Shown here: positions 37,746-57,285 of the stretch, piece after piece
How positions within the stretch are numbered: position 1 is the first letter of the stretch
Layout of the letters: every line of letters starts with the position of its first letter
Source: Chrysomallon squamiferum
Taxonomy: Eukaryota; Animalia; Mollusca
DNA length: 64,000 bases
NCBI GenBank assembly: GCA_012295275.1
Contig: CM022668.1
Location: 9,052,001 to 9,116,000 of the forward strand
Direction: 5' to 3'
The notes under the pieces: model-generated
What the model was told of the DNA's origin: nothing
What the model saw: the letters and a program-made list of their open reading frames with translations, nothing else
Databases searched by the model: none
Position numbers and translations under genes: made by a program

Positions 37746-40164
37746 GTGTGTGTTTATTATTATATTATAAAGTAATGCATGTTAAATTTATTGTGCTTTT
37801 TATGATACGTTTATTTATTACATAAAAATACATTTGTACTTGATGGCTTATGTAATAATATATATTTCACAGGATGTATTATATAGTAATACAAATATTT
37901 ATTGCAAATCTATTTCATAATGCCTTAATATCAAATATTATATTGATGCATTACACCGAAATATATTTGTGCATTACTTATGTATATTTATTTTATATAT
38001 TGCACAGCAGTTTTTATATTCTATGTATTACAAAATAATGCATATCACATTCTATTTCTATAATACATATATAACGATACATGTTTTCTTTAACTGAAAC
38101 AGATTAAAAATAATTTATGCCTCAGGCTGATGTTTCAAAAGATTAAATGATAAAAAAAAAAAGCTTAAGTAAAATATTTTATTGTAAAAAAACAACCAGG
38201 ATATATTAGCAAAAAAAATCAAGATGAGTGAAAACAGTGGTTGTAAGTAAAAATGGGGTTGGAAAAAAAAAAATGCACTCAGATGATAAGAGATGAAAAG
38301 AGGTGATTGTTTGTTCACACATTTCAGAAAGTGAGAGAGAAAAAAAAAACTAACAAAAGAATTATTATTATTTTAGACATTCCTGGGATGTGATTCACAA
38401 TGACAACTGTGTACACAAAACCTGGACTGACTGTACATGGTGTTAATACAGCTGATCTTTTTATTCAAGTTTTTTATTTATTTATTTAAAATTATTTATC
38501 TATTTACTTGTTTATTTAAAATTTGTTATTTATTTACTTTTTTATTTATTTAAATTATTTTATTTATTTATTTATTTATTTATTTACTTAATTTATATAC
38601 TCACTCATTCATTCATTCAAATTATTTAATCATTCTTAAAAGATGCAGTTATTATCCTGGTCATTACTGTTACATCTACTACTACTGCTACTACCACTGC
38701 TACTACCACAGACACACAGACACACAAACACACAAACACACCTAACCTGACAACATCATTTTCAAACAAGTGTCATCAGGTAAGCAAATTTCATCATCCA
38801 CAATTCTGTGTTTTTTAACAAACTTTTCATCTCCCTTCTTCTTCTGTTACCTCACTATCTGAGTTAAAAAAGCTAAAAATATCTTATATCTTACTCTATT
38901 CATAGCTTGTCCTACCCTCCCAGTTACTATTTTTCTTCTTCTTTTTTCCTTCTTCTGGTTAGTGAAAACAGTAAATCTACAGACAAGTCTTTTCTTATGT
39001 TACAAGGCCTCATTTTGTTCAACAAAAAAATAAAAAATAAAATAAATAACCTATGTACATTACTCTATTCATGTGTCATGTGACCCTCTCTCCTCCTTTT
39101 ATTCTCCTTTCTCCTTTTGTTATCATCCTTTGACTAGTTAAAGAAGTAATTTTTTTATGGTTTTTTTTTTTCTTTCTTTTTTTTTTTTTGTACACTGTTT
39201 ATTTAACCAGGATGGAAAATTTTCACTGGCTTTGATCATGTCAAATAATACAAACAAAACTGTCTTATAAAATATGTAGTGTGTTTGATTTACATCGTTG
39301 GTTGTTAGTTTGTGTGTCTGTGTGTGTTGTGTGTTTGTAAATATTGATGGATGGATGGATGGATATAATGGATGTGTGTATATTGCTTGATATACGTGTG
39401 TGTGTTTTTGTGTGTGTTGTGTGTATTGTGTTCGTGTGTGTTGTATGCATGTAGTTTAGAAGGATGGATGTGATGTATGTGAATATTTACTTATTTATTT
39501 TATCTGCATGTTTCTCAATATGTAATAACAATAACAATAATAATAATAATAATAATAATAAATACATAAATAAAATACATAAATAAATAAATAAGCAAGA
39601 GAAAAAAAAACAGAATAAAAGAAAATCGTGTCTTGCACAGTGATACAAAATTTTAAAACATCTTTTTTTTTTAGAAATGAGAAAAATGTTTTGAATAATT
39701 CATACATCGCCTGATTATTCAGTACAGACAGACACCTTGAATAATTTTAATCAATAACAAACAGAGTTTAACACTTTGCTGGGGAATACATGTTTAACAC
39801 AGAAACATGAACACAGCAGGAAAAAGAAAGAAAAAAATGTTTTTATTTAACTATGTGCATTTTTAATTTATTGGTACACAATGTCATCTCACTTTCCCTT
39901 CTGTGTGAGCATGGGGGGGTCTTTATATATTCAGAAAAAGAGAATTATTAATGTTATTAGTAATACATATATATATATATATTTACACGCACAAAAATGG
40001 ATATACATCTACATACAAAATACACACATACAAACTTGCATATACCAACCAGTAAAACATACAAAGACACTCACAGACAAAATAACTGAAACACAGATGT
40101 AAAGACGGAAATGTTATTTTTAAAATGAAACTAAAACAATCAATGTTGCCACCATGTTAAACTT

Positions 40165-43992
<3,828 letters not shown>

Positions 43993-44029
43993 ATCAACCA
44001 TACATGCAGAAATTATTTTGATATTTTAA

Positions 44030-44065
<36 letters not shown>

Positions 44066-45954
44066 TATAATAATAATTTAATATCATATTTCTTAAACTA
44101 ATAGTAACAGTTGCTATTTTTATCTACATAACTACACAAACCCATCCACACTTACGAAAATACAATACATATATGTAGTTGTATATATGTATATATGTAT
44201 ATATGTATCTATGTATACATACACATATATAGTATATGTATGTGTGTGTGTGTGTGTATATATATATGTATATGTGAGTATATGTGTTGTGTATATGTGT
44301 GTGTATGTGTATATAGATATATATATATATATATATATGTCTATATATACCTACTGACACACACACATATATAAGTACATACAAACACACACACACACAC
44401 ACACACACACAATATATCTTTCTCATATATATTTCTTAACACACCCTAACACAATTTTAACTTAAGAAATGTCTTCTCTTTTCAACATGCACCAGTCAGC
44501 AGAGTTTCACTTAAACCTACACCACATATCAAACAGCTTGAGTTGAGAACCACCAAACTGTGTATGACATACAAACTCGTATCTCACATGCATGTGATTC
44601 ATACAGTCTGATGAAGGAGTGGTTTTAATTAATACTGTAAACTGGTGAAAGCATCTTCTTGGGGGCACAGCTTTTATTCATTCATGCAGCCCCAGGGTGT
44701 AAGATCCATCAGCAGCAACAGTACCGCCAAAACTGACCTCAGTGAACCTGTTTTTCGTGTTCTAACAAACGCTCCATAATTAATACTGATTTTAAAATTT
44801 TAAAGGTGTCATGTTTTTTCTTTATAAAAAAAAAAAAAAAGTATTATATGTGTGTTTGTGTGTGTGTATTAAATAAAAATAAAACTATATTGATGATGTA
44901 TAACAGTTTGTATTGTTCATAGATTAAATCTGGAAGATTCTAGGATCAAATTCACTTACAGGTATGTATGTACAATAATTATTCATGTATTAAATTAAAA
45001 CTGTAATTGCCAAGAATTCCAAATATGAGCAAAATTTGTAAAACATTTTTATACTGAATACAAAAATATAAAAATACTGAACATTATGCATACAGACATA
45101 TGTACATACTAAAGTAAAAATGCATTTAAAAATATAAACTGTACACGTGTATGTATATGTATATATATATATATATAGCCTGTTATATCATCCAAACATG
45201 TGCTATTTTAAGCCGGATTTCAAATAGTTATTTAATAAACCAGTTTTTATTCTGTTTATTTATATCGCTACCATTGTAACACACACAATGCCCAGGTATT
45301 TGCATTCAGGTATTTGAAATGCTGCCAGTATGACGATGTTGTGGCAGTCACACAGGCGTATGATGACGTCTATGGGTGTGGTAGTTATAGAAAATGATAG
45401 ATGAGTTATGTTGAATTTATCAAAAATAATATGTGGGTGTTTATTCATCTATGTGGAAAATTAAAAATTTTTAAAATTTTAAAAATTATTCTCCGCGATT
45501 TTAATAACACTGCATGTACATGTGTGTTTGCATGTTTATGGGTGGGTATGCATAACTATGTCTTTATGAAGTTTATGTGTGTGTGTATGTGTGTGTGTGT
45601 ATGTGTGTGTTTACATGTGTATGTATACAGTTAAGTGTTTATGTGTGTATAGGTGTGTGTATGTTTGTATGTATGTATGTTATGTTTATATGAATGTACG
45701 CAAATGTATGTATGAATTTTATATTTGAATGTGTATTATTACATATGTGTGTATCTATTCATGTTATATAATGAGTGTGAATATGGATATATATGTGTGA
45801 AAGTGTGTTTGAGTATATACTTAAGTGTTTATGTATGTATATGTGTACATGTTTGTATATATGTAAGTTATGTCCGTGTGAGTGTATATACGTATCTCTC
45901 TCTTCTTTCTTTCTCTCTCTCGCCTCTCTATTCTCTTCTCTCTGTCCCTCTTTA

Positions 45955-46037
<83 letters not shown>

Positions 46038-46670
46038 AGATGGTACAAGACAATATAACAAAAATATAAGGCAGAGAGCAGAAGGATGGAGTACAAGCTG
46101 TATGTAACACTATATACTGAGATATGTACCTGTGAGTAATGTAATAACCTGGACATACCACATACCTAGGTGTTACATAACTAAAACAGATCACACTGAA
46201 AAGACTTTCAAAATATTTATTAGCCCACAAACAATTGAGCCTTGTTGGAAACTGCATTGACATACTTGCAGGGGGGGGGGGACATATATTCAAGAATTTG
46301 ACAATGAATGGATGGATGGATGGATGGATGGATGGGATGGATGGGATGGATGGATAGATGAATTAATTAATTAATTAATATTAACTGGTAATAGCTATTA
46401 TAATATACAATTATTATTACTGTTGTGTATGTCTAAATGAGATCAATTAATTTTGTGTGTTGTGAATATCTGTTATACAATACAAAAGATTGTTGAATGT
46501 ATGTACAAAAAATTTCAGAGAGGGAAAAACACTGAAAAAAGAGTGATATGGTGACAGAAAGAGGGAGACATGGAGAAAATAAATAAATATGAAAGTACTG
46601 AGAAAAAGAGAAAAGAGACACAAAAATATACTGGAAGTCAGATACAGAAAGAGGTGGTTGTAATAATAAA

Positions 46671-46853
46671 ACAGCAACAACAGCAGCAGCAACAGCAACA
46701 ACAGCAGCAGCAACAACAACAACAACAACAGCAACAACAACAACAGCAACAGCAACAACAACAACAACAGCAACAACAACAACAACAGCAGCAGCAACAA
46801 TAGCAGCAGCAACAGCAACAGCAACAACAACAACAGCAGCAGCAACAACAACA
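46671..46853. repeat. Compound (CAA/CAG)n trinucleotide repeat
   Basis: Seen directly. There are no flanking splice signals or coding context. Confidence 0.93.
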
Positions 46854-46872
46854 ATAAAAAAAAATGTCACTG

Positions 46873-46903
<31 letters not shown>

Positions 46904-46999
46904 CAATAACAAAAAGATTATGACATCCAGGAAGACTTGCAAACAGAAAGTAACTGACAGCTTAAAAATCTGTGACGTTTATCAAATGAAAACAAAGTA

Positions 47000-47035
<36 letters not shown>

Positions 47036-47404
47036 TACTAGTGAAAACATTGTGTTACAAAGAACAAAGAAAACATTGTTAACAAAGTACACTGCAATAC
47101 AACACCCAGTCAAGTATTCATATACTAAAAATACTTATCTAACGACCACACCCAGTAAACAGAAGGATTGAAGGTTGAAACCCACACCCTGAACAAATAT
47201 ATATATAGATATATTCATTACAAATACTTACTGTTGAAAGTAGTGAGATCTATATTCCTTACCCACCTGTTTGATAAAATGTGTTATCAAACCATCGAAG
47301 TGATATCGAATATCTTTGTTTCTTACTGGCTTATCTCAAATAAAAACTAATAAATGTACTGCTTGGTTTTCTTTCTTTTATTTTAATTTTTATTATTATT
47401 ATTA

Positions 47405-47478
<74 letters not shown>

Positions 47479-47673
47479 TGTTTGTTTTGTTTTGTTTATT
47501 TGTGTGGATCTCTATAACTGTGTGTGTGTGTATGTGTTTATGTGTATCTGTGTGTATGTATGTGTGTGTTGTGTGTATGTGTTTTGTGTGTGAGTGTGTG
47601 TGTGTGTGTGTGTATGATGTGTGTGTTTATGTGTATATGTGTGTGAGTGTGTATGTGTTGTGTGTATGTGTTT

Positions 47674-47711
<38 letters not shown>

Positions 47712-47842
47712 ATATTGTTGACTCATCGTGTAATGAACAAATGTCTTGTTACTTTTTGTCTTAAGTTTCATCCAGTCCAAAGTAATTTAATTCACTAATG
47801 GATGAATCATCTAGAAGCTGCAGAATCACTGGGCTGTAAGAA

Positions 47843-47887
<45 letters not shown>

Positions 47888-48973
47888 CAGATGCACACAA
47901 CACACACACACAGATAAACACAACACACACACAGATAAACACAACATGCACACACACACAAACAAACACAACACACATATGCACAGACACACATACACAC
48001 AACAGATACACACAACACACACACACACATACAGACAGATGCACAAAGACACACACACACACAAAAACACAGATAAACACAGATGCAACAACACACACAT
48101 AATACACACACATATGCACAGACACACACACACAACCTTTTTTAAATTTATATTTACCTACACTCTCTAAAAAAAAAAAAAATAAATTAAGAAAAAAATA
48201 AATAAAAATAAATAAATAAAAACAAAAAAATAAAAATATCTATTAGAGTTTTCACCTTATTTACTCATTTCGATCTTTATTAATTATTATTATTTTTTTT
48301 TTTTTAAATGTCTCTTCAAAACAAATTATTTCATCAGGTATCAACACCTACACAGACTGAGCAGCAAATTCTGTTTTTTTTTTTTCATGAAGTTCTAAAC
48401 CAAACATTAGGGAATCCTGTGATAAAGTTGTAATGGAAAAAAACACAGTTATTCACTTAATGCTGTTTGTTTCTTTCACTTACGTACCAAGATTTCTATT
48501 GATTACGAATTGGATTTGCATTATTACACCATGTATGGTTGGATATCTCTTGTACTGCACCCTAGGTGTTCATCTGATTTAAGTTTTCCACTGAAAGTTG
48601 ATCAATTATTTCACCAATAAAAATATTTGTGTAGTTGTATTTAGAATGTATGGATGGATAAGTGATTGTTATTTAATTTTTTTTTTTTTTTTTTTTTTTT
48701 CCTGTTCTCAATATTTTTTTTTTTTTTTTTTTTTTTTGTGGGTTTGGTATTGTTGTGTTTTTTTTCTTTTTTCTTTTTCAATTAATATTTATTTATTTAT
48801 TTATTTGTTTGTTTGTTTGTTTGTTTGTTTGTTTGTTTGTTTGTTTGTTTGTTTGTTTGTTTGTTTGTTTGTTTGTTTGTTTGTTTGTTTGTTTATTTTT
48901 TTTTTTTTTTAAATAAATTCTTTTTTAAATAATTTATAAAAAGTAATTTGAACTTCTATAATCTTATATTCCC

Positions 48974-49014
<41 letters not shown>

Positions 49015-50325
49015 TAAATATATATATACACATAACAGGGATATAACAGGGATAATACAACAATAACATTAACATTAACAATAATAATAACAATAACAAC
49101 AACAACCACCAAAGCAACATCAACAAAACTAAATAAAACAAATACAAACAAACAATAGTACCTCCGACATTCAATATCTCCATTAGTACGAAAATGCACT
49201 ACGGCGTTATTAAAACTGATATTAACACAGTGTAAAACAGAAACACATTTACAAGGTGCTGTGATCTCTGTGAAGTAGATGTTACCTGAGTCACAAACAC
49301 CTGATCAGCCCATTTATCCCACTACAGCAGCCACAGTCAGCTTTAACCCAGATCTAATGGTCATTAAAGAGACAGGATGAAAAAATTATATTCTCTAACA
49401 AAATAAATGTTTGTGAAAGATTTTTTTCAATAATTCTTCAGGTCTGACGGTTGTTGAAGAGAGAGAGAGAGTATGGAAATATATTTTCTGATAAAATAAA
49501 TGTTTATGATAGATTTTTTTTCAATATGTGAGTGTATGTGGTTATGTATGTGTGTATAGGAATGTGTGTGTACATGTGTATGAGTTTATGTGTGTGTATA
49601 GGAATGTGTGTGTGTTTATGTGTAGGAGTTTATTTATGTGTGTCCATATGTATGTATTTCGTGTGTGTATTGTATATGTATGTATGTGAATGTGTATGTT
49701 TTATATGTGTATGTGTGTATCTGTATACTTATGTGTGTGTGTGTGTGTGATATGTGTGTGTTTTTTGTGTTTATATGTGTTTGTCTGTCTGTGTGTATTT
49801 GTTTGAATATGACAATACAATACCCACTCTTTCACAATCACAAATATACAAACAAATATACTGGAGATGTTAACAAACTAACACACACACAGTCCACACA
49901 CACACACAGATATACACAAATATATAGATACACAGATACACATCCAAAAACACACACACAGAAACACAGACAGACAGACAGACAAGAATCATCAACAGGT
50001 ATAAGTAAAGAAGAATTTCGTGACCAGTTCACTACATTCCTGTGAGTGACTCAACACAGTGTTTACGTACACCTTGTCTGTGTTTACCTAAATGTTTACG
50101 CACAACAGATTTCACAGCCCACCCAGGGTCTCCTATAGAAGTATTAACAATTGGTTGAAATGTGATTTATTAACGAAATATGACATACAGGTGATTAATT
50201 CATCGTTAATGCACAGGTAACATATAGGTATCACGATTGAAAATAACGCACAGACAAGTGGTAAGTAAAACATAGGTAATTCAAATACCTAACAGGTAAA
50301 GAAAAACAATTTTTAATACATATAC

Positions 50326-50365
<40 letters not shown>

Positions 50366-51367
50366 GTATGTATGTATGTCTGTGTGTGTGTGTGTGTTTA
50401 AATGGATGTCAAGAAATTAAGAGAAAAATAAAGATAAGCATTACTTTATTGCATTACAATAATTATTCTCAATATATTATGGCTATATTAAAAAAAAGCA
50501 ATTTTTTTCCTAATCGTTTCCCTCCAAACCCAATTTCTATTAACATTCTTAATTTACAAAATGTCAATTCACAACTGAACCTATCAATTTCTGTAAAAGT
50601 TTCACAATTTGTATTTGAATTCTTAATTTCGCAAATGTCAATACTCAAATTCTGTTTAGCAATTTTCATAAAGTTAAATCCCAGTTTTTATCAGAATTTC
50701 TATATTAACAAATATCAATATCTTAATTCCGTGTAACAATTTACATGAAGTTTCACTGCAGTTCAGAATTGTTTTTATTTACCAAAAATTTCAGTACCCA
50801 AATTTCATTTAACTATTTTTATAAGTTTTATTCCAAAATGTCATATCTTAAACATATCTAACAACTGTTATATAAGTTTAATTCAAATTTGTTTTTTAAT
50901 TGCTACATTAACCAAAATGTCACATCTTAAACAAATCTAACAATTTCCATACAAGTTTCACTCCAATCCAGTTTGTATCGCAACTTGTACAGAAAATCCA
51001 ACACAAAAAAAAACTGCATATTAGTCGCACACTTCTCATTGTCACCTGCGATTACCTGTCGTTTAGGCTGATTAGCACTGCTTTGCACGTTCCATTCTCT
51101 CCCGTCACAATACCTGCATACTTGTTGATATCAATCGATTCTCTATTGATCCCCACATCAACGCGCTATCAATCAATTCTGACACAGACGTGGAGTCGTA
51201 AAGTCATTTAGCAACATCGCGTCTGACAACAGCAACATGGTAACACTGATGACTGAGTCAACAGCATTGACATTTCGGAACATTTGGGATCTGAAGAAAT
51301 GTCATGTCTGATAACAACAGCATCCACGACAATGCAGTGCTGATGTGTACAACCACACATCCTCAAT

Positions 51368-51840
51368 ACACACACACACACACATACACACATATATACA
51401 CACATATATACACACACATATATATATACACACACACACATATATATACATACACATATATACACACATATATATATACACACACATATATATATACACA
51501 CATATATATATACACACACATATATATATACATACACACACACACATATATATACATACACATATATACACACATATATATACATACACACACACACACA
51601 TATACACACATATATACACACACATATATATATACACACACATATATATACATACACACATATATACACACATATATACACACACATATATATATACACA
51701 CACATATATATACATACACATATATATATACACACATATATATACATACACACACACACATATATATACATACACACACACACTCACATATATATATTTA
51801 TACACACACACGCACATACACTGACACATACACATATATA
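51368..51840. repeat. Compound (CA)n/(TA)n microsatellite
   Basis: Seen directly. Confidence 0.95.
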
Positions 51841-52756
51841 CAGTGATATACATGTGTGTGTCTGTGTGTATATGATTTTTCTATAAGCGTTCATATTTTG
51901 AAACTATGATTAAGAACTGCTAAAACCCAAGTTCATTCTAATTTAAACTTGAATACTGGTAAGAACCACATCATGTTGACAACTATTCTTGAAACTGTAA
52001 GCCAACATAAGAACACAATTTACTAAACAAAGGATATTTTTTTTTTTTTTTTTTTCAACTACTGTTGTTCAAACCCAGGATACCAAATTTTGTATAAATT
52101 AGGAATGACTGTACATCTGAAACAATATGAAGTGGTCAAATGCAACAACATTATCTACTACTACTACTACTACTACTACTGCTACTGCTACAACTACTAC
52201 TACTACTACTACTACAACTACTACTACTACTACTACTACTGCTACTACTACTACTACTATAGTTGGAACAACATTAATTACTAATACGACTTCAACAATT
52301 AATATACTACTACAATTACCATCAAAAAAAATTCTGGTTTTGCTATTATTACAACTACAACATACTGCTACTGAACAACAACAACTACTCCTACTACTAC
52401 TACAATGATCTGAAATATTATTTTATAGTGTATTTATAGGTATTTAATTTAATTTTTGTTAAATAATAATAAAAACCATGGAAAAAGAAACAAAAGAAAG
52501 AGAAAATAAAAACAATGTACAACAAAGAACGACGTCAGTGTATCAATGTAATACATTAAAACAACTTTGTAATGACAGAATTATCTTCTCTTTACTCTTT
52601 CTTTCCTTTGGGAGTTATGGAACCAGTCGCCCCTGGCAACAGACTATAGCCATAAAGAAAATTGAAAATTTAATAACTTAATGAAATAGCTCTCTCTTGC
52701 TCTCTCTCTCTCTAACTCTCTCTGTCTTGCTCTCTCTAACTCTCTGCATGTATGTA

Positions 52757-52794
<38 letters not shown>

Positions 52795-54134
52795 AATATA
52801 TATATGAGTCTTGGAAATATAAGTGTTATTAAAAATGATATATAAAGATACTGAAAGAAAATGATTCTGTAATATAATGCTTTAATAACAACTTAAGAAC
52901 AATGTAAAATTGTTTTATGAAATAATAATAAAAACAAGAGAACTGCATATAATAAAGGACTCCACTGATTAACTTGAAAGTATTGGGGTGGGGGGAGGGA
53001 CATTTCTTGAAAGAAGCAGTTAAAATAACATTCAGGTTTTGGAAGAAGATAAAACTGCAATATTAAGATGAAAATATTAGCCATGAAAGATTATGATCTC
53101 ATAACTGACATAATGTATGCTTGAATACAGAACATTATATTGGCTAATATTATGAATATCTTGAACATCAAAAAACAGTGTCATCAGAAAACAAAATTAA
53201 ACAAAATCTTGAAAGTAACAGTTTTGAAAAGATGAGAGTTCCGTCATAGAAATCAGCTGAAAAAGTGAAACAAAATGAATTTTGTTGAAAACAAAATATA
53301 CAGTATTAAATTGATTTTGTTAACCTTGAAAGATCTTGTCACATGACAAATGTGCAGTGTTTTCGTAATGTTTTTTTAATGATTTTTTTTTTTTTTTTTT
53401 TAAATCTATAACTTGTATTAACAAGACTTGTACATAAAATGTATTCTTTCTTTGTCCTTATTTGTATATTTTTTATTTTATTTTATTTTTTCTATTTATT
53501 TACTTATTTACCTTTGAAGTTCTTAAAAATCAGTGACTTATTATATATATTAAGAAATCTTACAATCATCAATACTTTAATCTGTAAACATAATGTATAA
53601 AAAAAATACAATGCTTTCTTTTTGTTATTTATGTACATGTTTTCTTGTTTTAATTATTTTTGTTTGTTTGTGTATTTGTTTGTTTTGGAGTGGGGTTTTT
53701 TTTTGTTGTTTTATTTATTTACTTTTGAAGGTTTTTCGTTTGTTTGTTTTTGGCATTTTTTTTTTTTGTTTTAATTATTATTATTATTATTATTATTATT
53801 ATTTTTAAATCTGTTATTGTTATTTAACAAGACTCAAAGCTGTTGATAGTTTAATCCGAATGTGTCGCACAAAATCCCTGACATCAATTATGAAGCACAT
53901 CGGCATACCCTGCTGTGTGCACATCGTCTGCGATCACTGGTGAACATCACATCACTACAGATAACCTGTCACATCAAAGATAACACTAATCTCATCACCG
54001 CTATCGTCATCATCGTCAACGACATCAGAGAAATGAAAAGAATTATAATTCAATGGAACGTCACACACAGAGAAAGACAAATGGAAATGAAGACATTTTA
54101 ATTTTTTTTAATTTTAATCTTTGGTTCTGATGTC

Positions 54135-54730
54135 ATACATAGTTGAACTTAACTGGGGTATGTGATATTATATATATATATATCTAGTTAAACTTCACTT
54201 AGGTATGTGACATTATATATAGTATATATCTAGTTAAATTTCACTGAGGTGACATGATACATATAGTATATATCTAGTTAAATTTCACTGAGGTATGTGA
54301 CATTATATATAGTATATATCTAGTTGAACTTAACTGGGGTATGTGATATTATATATAGTATATATCTGGTTAAATTTCACTGGGGTATGTGATATTATAT
54401 ATAGTATATATCTGGTTAAACTTCACTGGGGTATGTGACATTATATATATAGTATATATCTAGTTAAATTTCACTGGGGTATGTGACATTATATATAGTA
54501 TATATCTAGTTAAATTTCACTGGGGTATGTGATATTATATATAGTATATATCTAGTTAAATTTCACTGGGGTATGTGATATTATATATAGTATATATCTA
54601 GTTAAATTTCACTATATTATATATAGTATATATCTAGTTAAATTTCACTGGGGTATGTGATATTATATATAGTATATATCTAGTTAAACTCACTGGGGTA
54701 TGTGATATTATATATAGTATATATCTGGTT
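54135..54730. repeat. 46-bp tandem repeat (TATATAGTATATATCTAGTTAAATTTCACTGGGGTATGTGATATTA), about 13 copies
   Basis: Period measured directly (54481 to 54527). Confidence 0.95.
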
Positions 54731-55084
54731 ATGAATTATTAGGATAACTATAGAAAAAAAACAGCTGTCCTTAATGAAATACAGAAAAAAACTGGAAGAA
54801 ATGTTTTTTAATATACATTTTAATTTATATATATATATAGGCAAGTACGTGTGGAAAAAATAACATCAAATATATAACTAAGAACCACTGAATTAAATGC
54901 TGTCATATCTATTATAAAAGAATCACTGGTATATATGATATCTTGTGTATGGCTGTACACCTCTGGAATGTATGTTATTAGCTGTATAATTAAGGACTGT
55001 TAGAATATAAGACGTCATACATATAGTTATAGAAACCACTGTAGATATTTAAAGATATTTGTATCATGAATGTAGTTAAAGATG

Positions 55085-55166
<82 letters not shown>

Positions 55167-55284
55167 GTATGTATGTATGTATGGTTATATATATATATAT
55201 ATGTTTTTGTGTGTGTGTGTGTGTGTGTGTATACATATGTATATATAATCTGTATATATCTTTCTCTCTGTATGTCTGTGTGTA

Positions 55285-55340
<56 letters not shown>

Positions 55341-55754
55341 TGTATGTGTGAAAGTAAAATGTTTGTTCTAACCACTATTAGGCTGATAACAGTCACCGTT
55401 TTGTTTGTTTAACAAAACATCTACTACAGCATGTTGATATTAGCCAGTCAGATGTGTTCTAATCAATATATTGCATATCTGGTAGGTAGTAAAATATTTG
55501 TTCCCAGCATGGACAACTTCCAGTTTAATTAAATTCTCTTGTTTTCTATTAATATGTGTGCAGCTTGAAAAAGTTAATCATAAAATAGAATGACAACATT
55601 TTGTCTTTTCTCCCCTACCCCCAAACCACCCCCCCCCCCGCTCTTATATTCTGCAGCAGTAAAGTTTTCATGTGCAAAAATAAAGCAGATGTCTATTTAT
55701 TTTTAATTTTAGGTTTTTTTTGTTCATTTGTTTATATGTAAATTTATTTTTATT

Positions 55755-55785
<31 letters not shown>

Positions 55786-56326
55786 TCTATATAAGCATTT
55801 GTTTTTTGTTTGTTTATTCATTCTCATTCATTCATTCATTCATTTATGAAATTGTTTTTTAACTTATTTATTTATTTATTCATATTAAGGAATATTAAAC
55901 CAAATACATCTGACAAAACTGCACTAAACCGTTCTGTATCCATGAAACTAAACGACAAGTATAAAAGCAATTCTTTTTTTTTTAAAACAAAAATCTTTTG
56001 TTTTTCAAACAAGCCAAACACATTCAAATTCTTCGTCTCCATAACACCGTAAACACCCTCCCCCCTCAGCCTCCCCCTGCCCCTGCCCCCCTAAAACAGC
56101 CCCCTGGGTGTAATTGAAGCTTATCCCATTCAAGACCCCTGGTAGATAATATCACTGTCAGTTTATTTCAAAAGCCTGTAGATAGGCCTCTCTCTCTCTC
56201 TCTGCATGGATTTTCACTGGGACATTTCACGCTCGACTGGGTCAGAAGAAGGTCTCGGGCCACACGGTCACTGGAAGGTCAAGGGATTTTCGGACAACAA
56301 GTGGTCAGCCATCATTAAGTTATTAC

Positions 56327-56361
<35 letters not shown>

Positions 56362-57233
56362 GGGACAGGACAAATGATATGGCTAAGCAAACACCTAATT
56401 GTCTTGTTATAAACAGACCCAGAACGGTTTTGTACTTACAGGGGGGCTGGCTGGTTGGGTGCGGTGGGTGGGTGGGAAATGGGGGAGGGAGATTCTGTGC
56501 TCATTTCTACCTGTCTGACACAAATTTTTTTTTTTAAATAAATCTTTAAAGTACCTCACATTAAAAAACATTTAAATGAAATAAATGACAGAAAGAAAAA
56601 GATGAAATGAAATGAATGAATGAATGTTTGAATGAAATGAATGAATGAATGAATGAATGAATGAATGAACATAATACAGTTTCATAGTTTCTAGTATTTC
56701 GTGGTATTAACTGAACTCATTAAATTGGTTAAAAAGAAATCCAAAACTGAAGAAATTTATTTATTGTTACTATTATTAATTTGTAACCATAGCAGTAATA
56801 ACTGTGTATATATTTTAAAATAATAAAAATAATAACAATCATAATGTTAGTATTACTAATTTCTATTTAAAAAACAACAACAGATGCTATATAAGCTACA
56901 GACCAAAGTAATCTCAATACATAATATTATTAATCCATTTATTTGATCCTTTCTTCATTATATATATTATTTTACTAATAAAGGATCAGAGCTTGTATTA
57001 TCAACACCTGATCTTTAAAATTAGGATTAACAGAGCTTATGAAGAAAATACAACACTAAACAGTTGAATAAACTCGATATGCCACGGTTATTTGATAATA
57101 CAGAGACGTATTTCACACCTCCTTAATTAATACTAAGTCAATAGTGTTTTTGTGTAAAAAGAAACTATAATGAAAACAGGAATGTATTTTGCAAATAAGA
57201 TTAACACAAAATCATTACACGTAATCTTCATGC

Positions 57234-57285
<52 letters not shown>

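Noticed and set aside
46570-46803. Polyglutamine protein ORF
   Set aside because: A CAA/CAG microsatellite antisense to the KLF intron, with no exon context.
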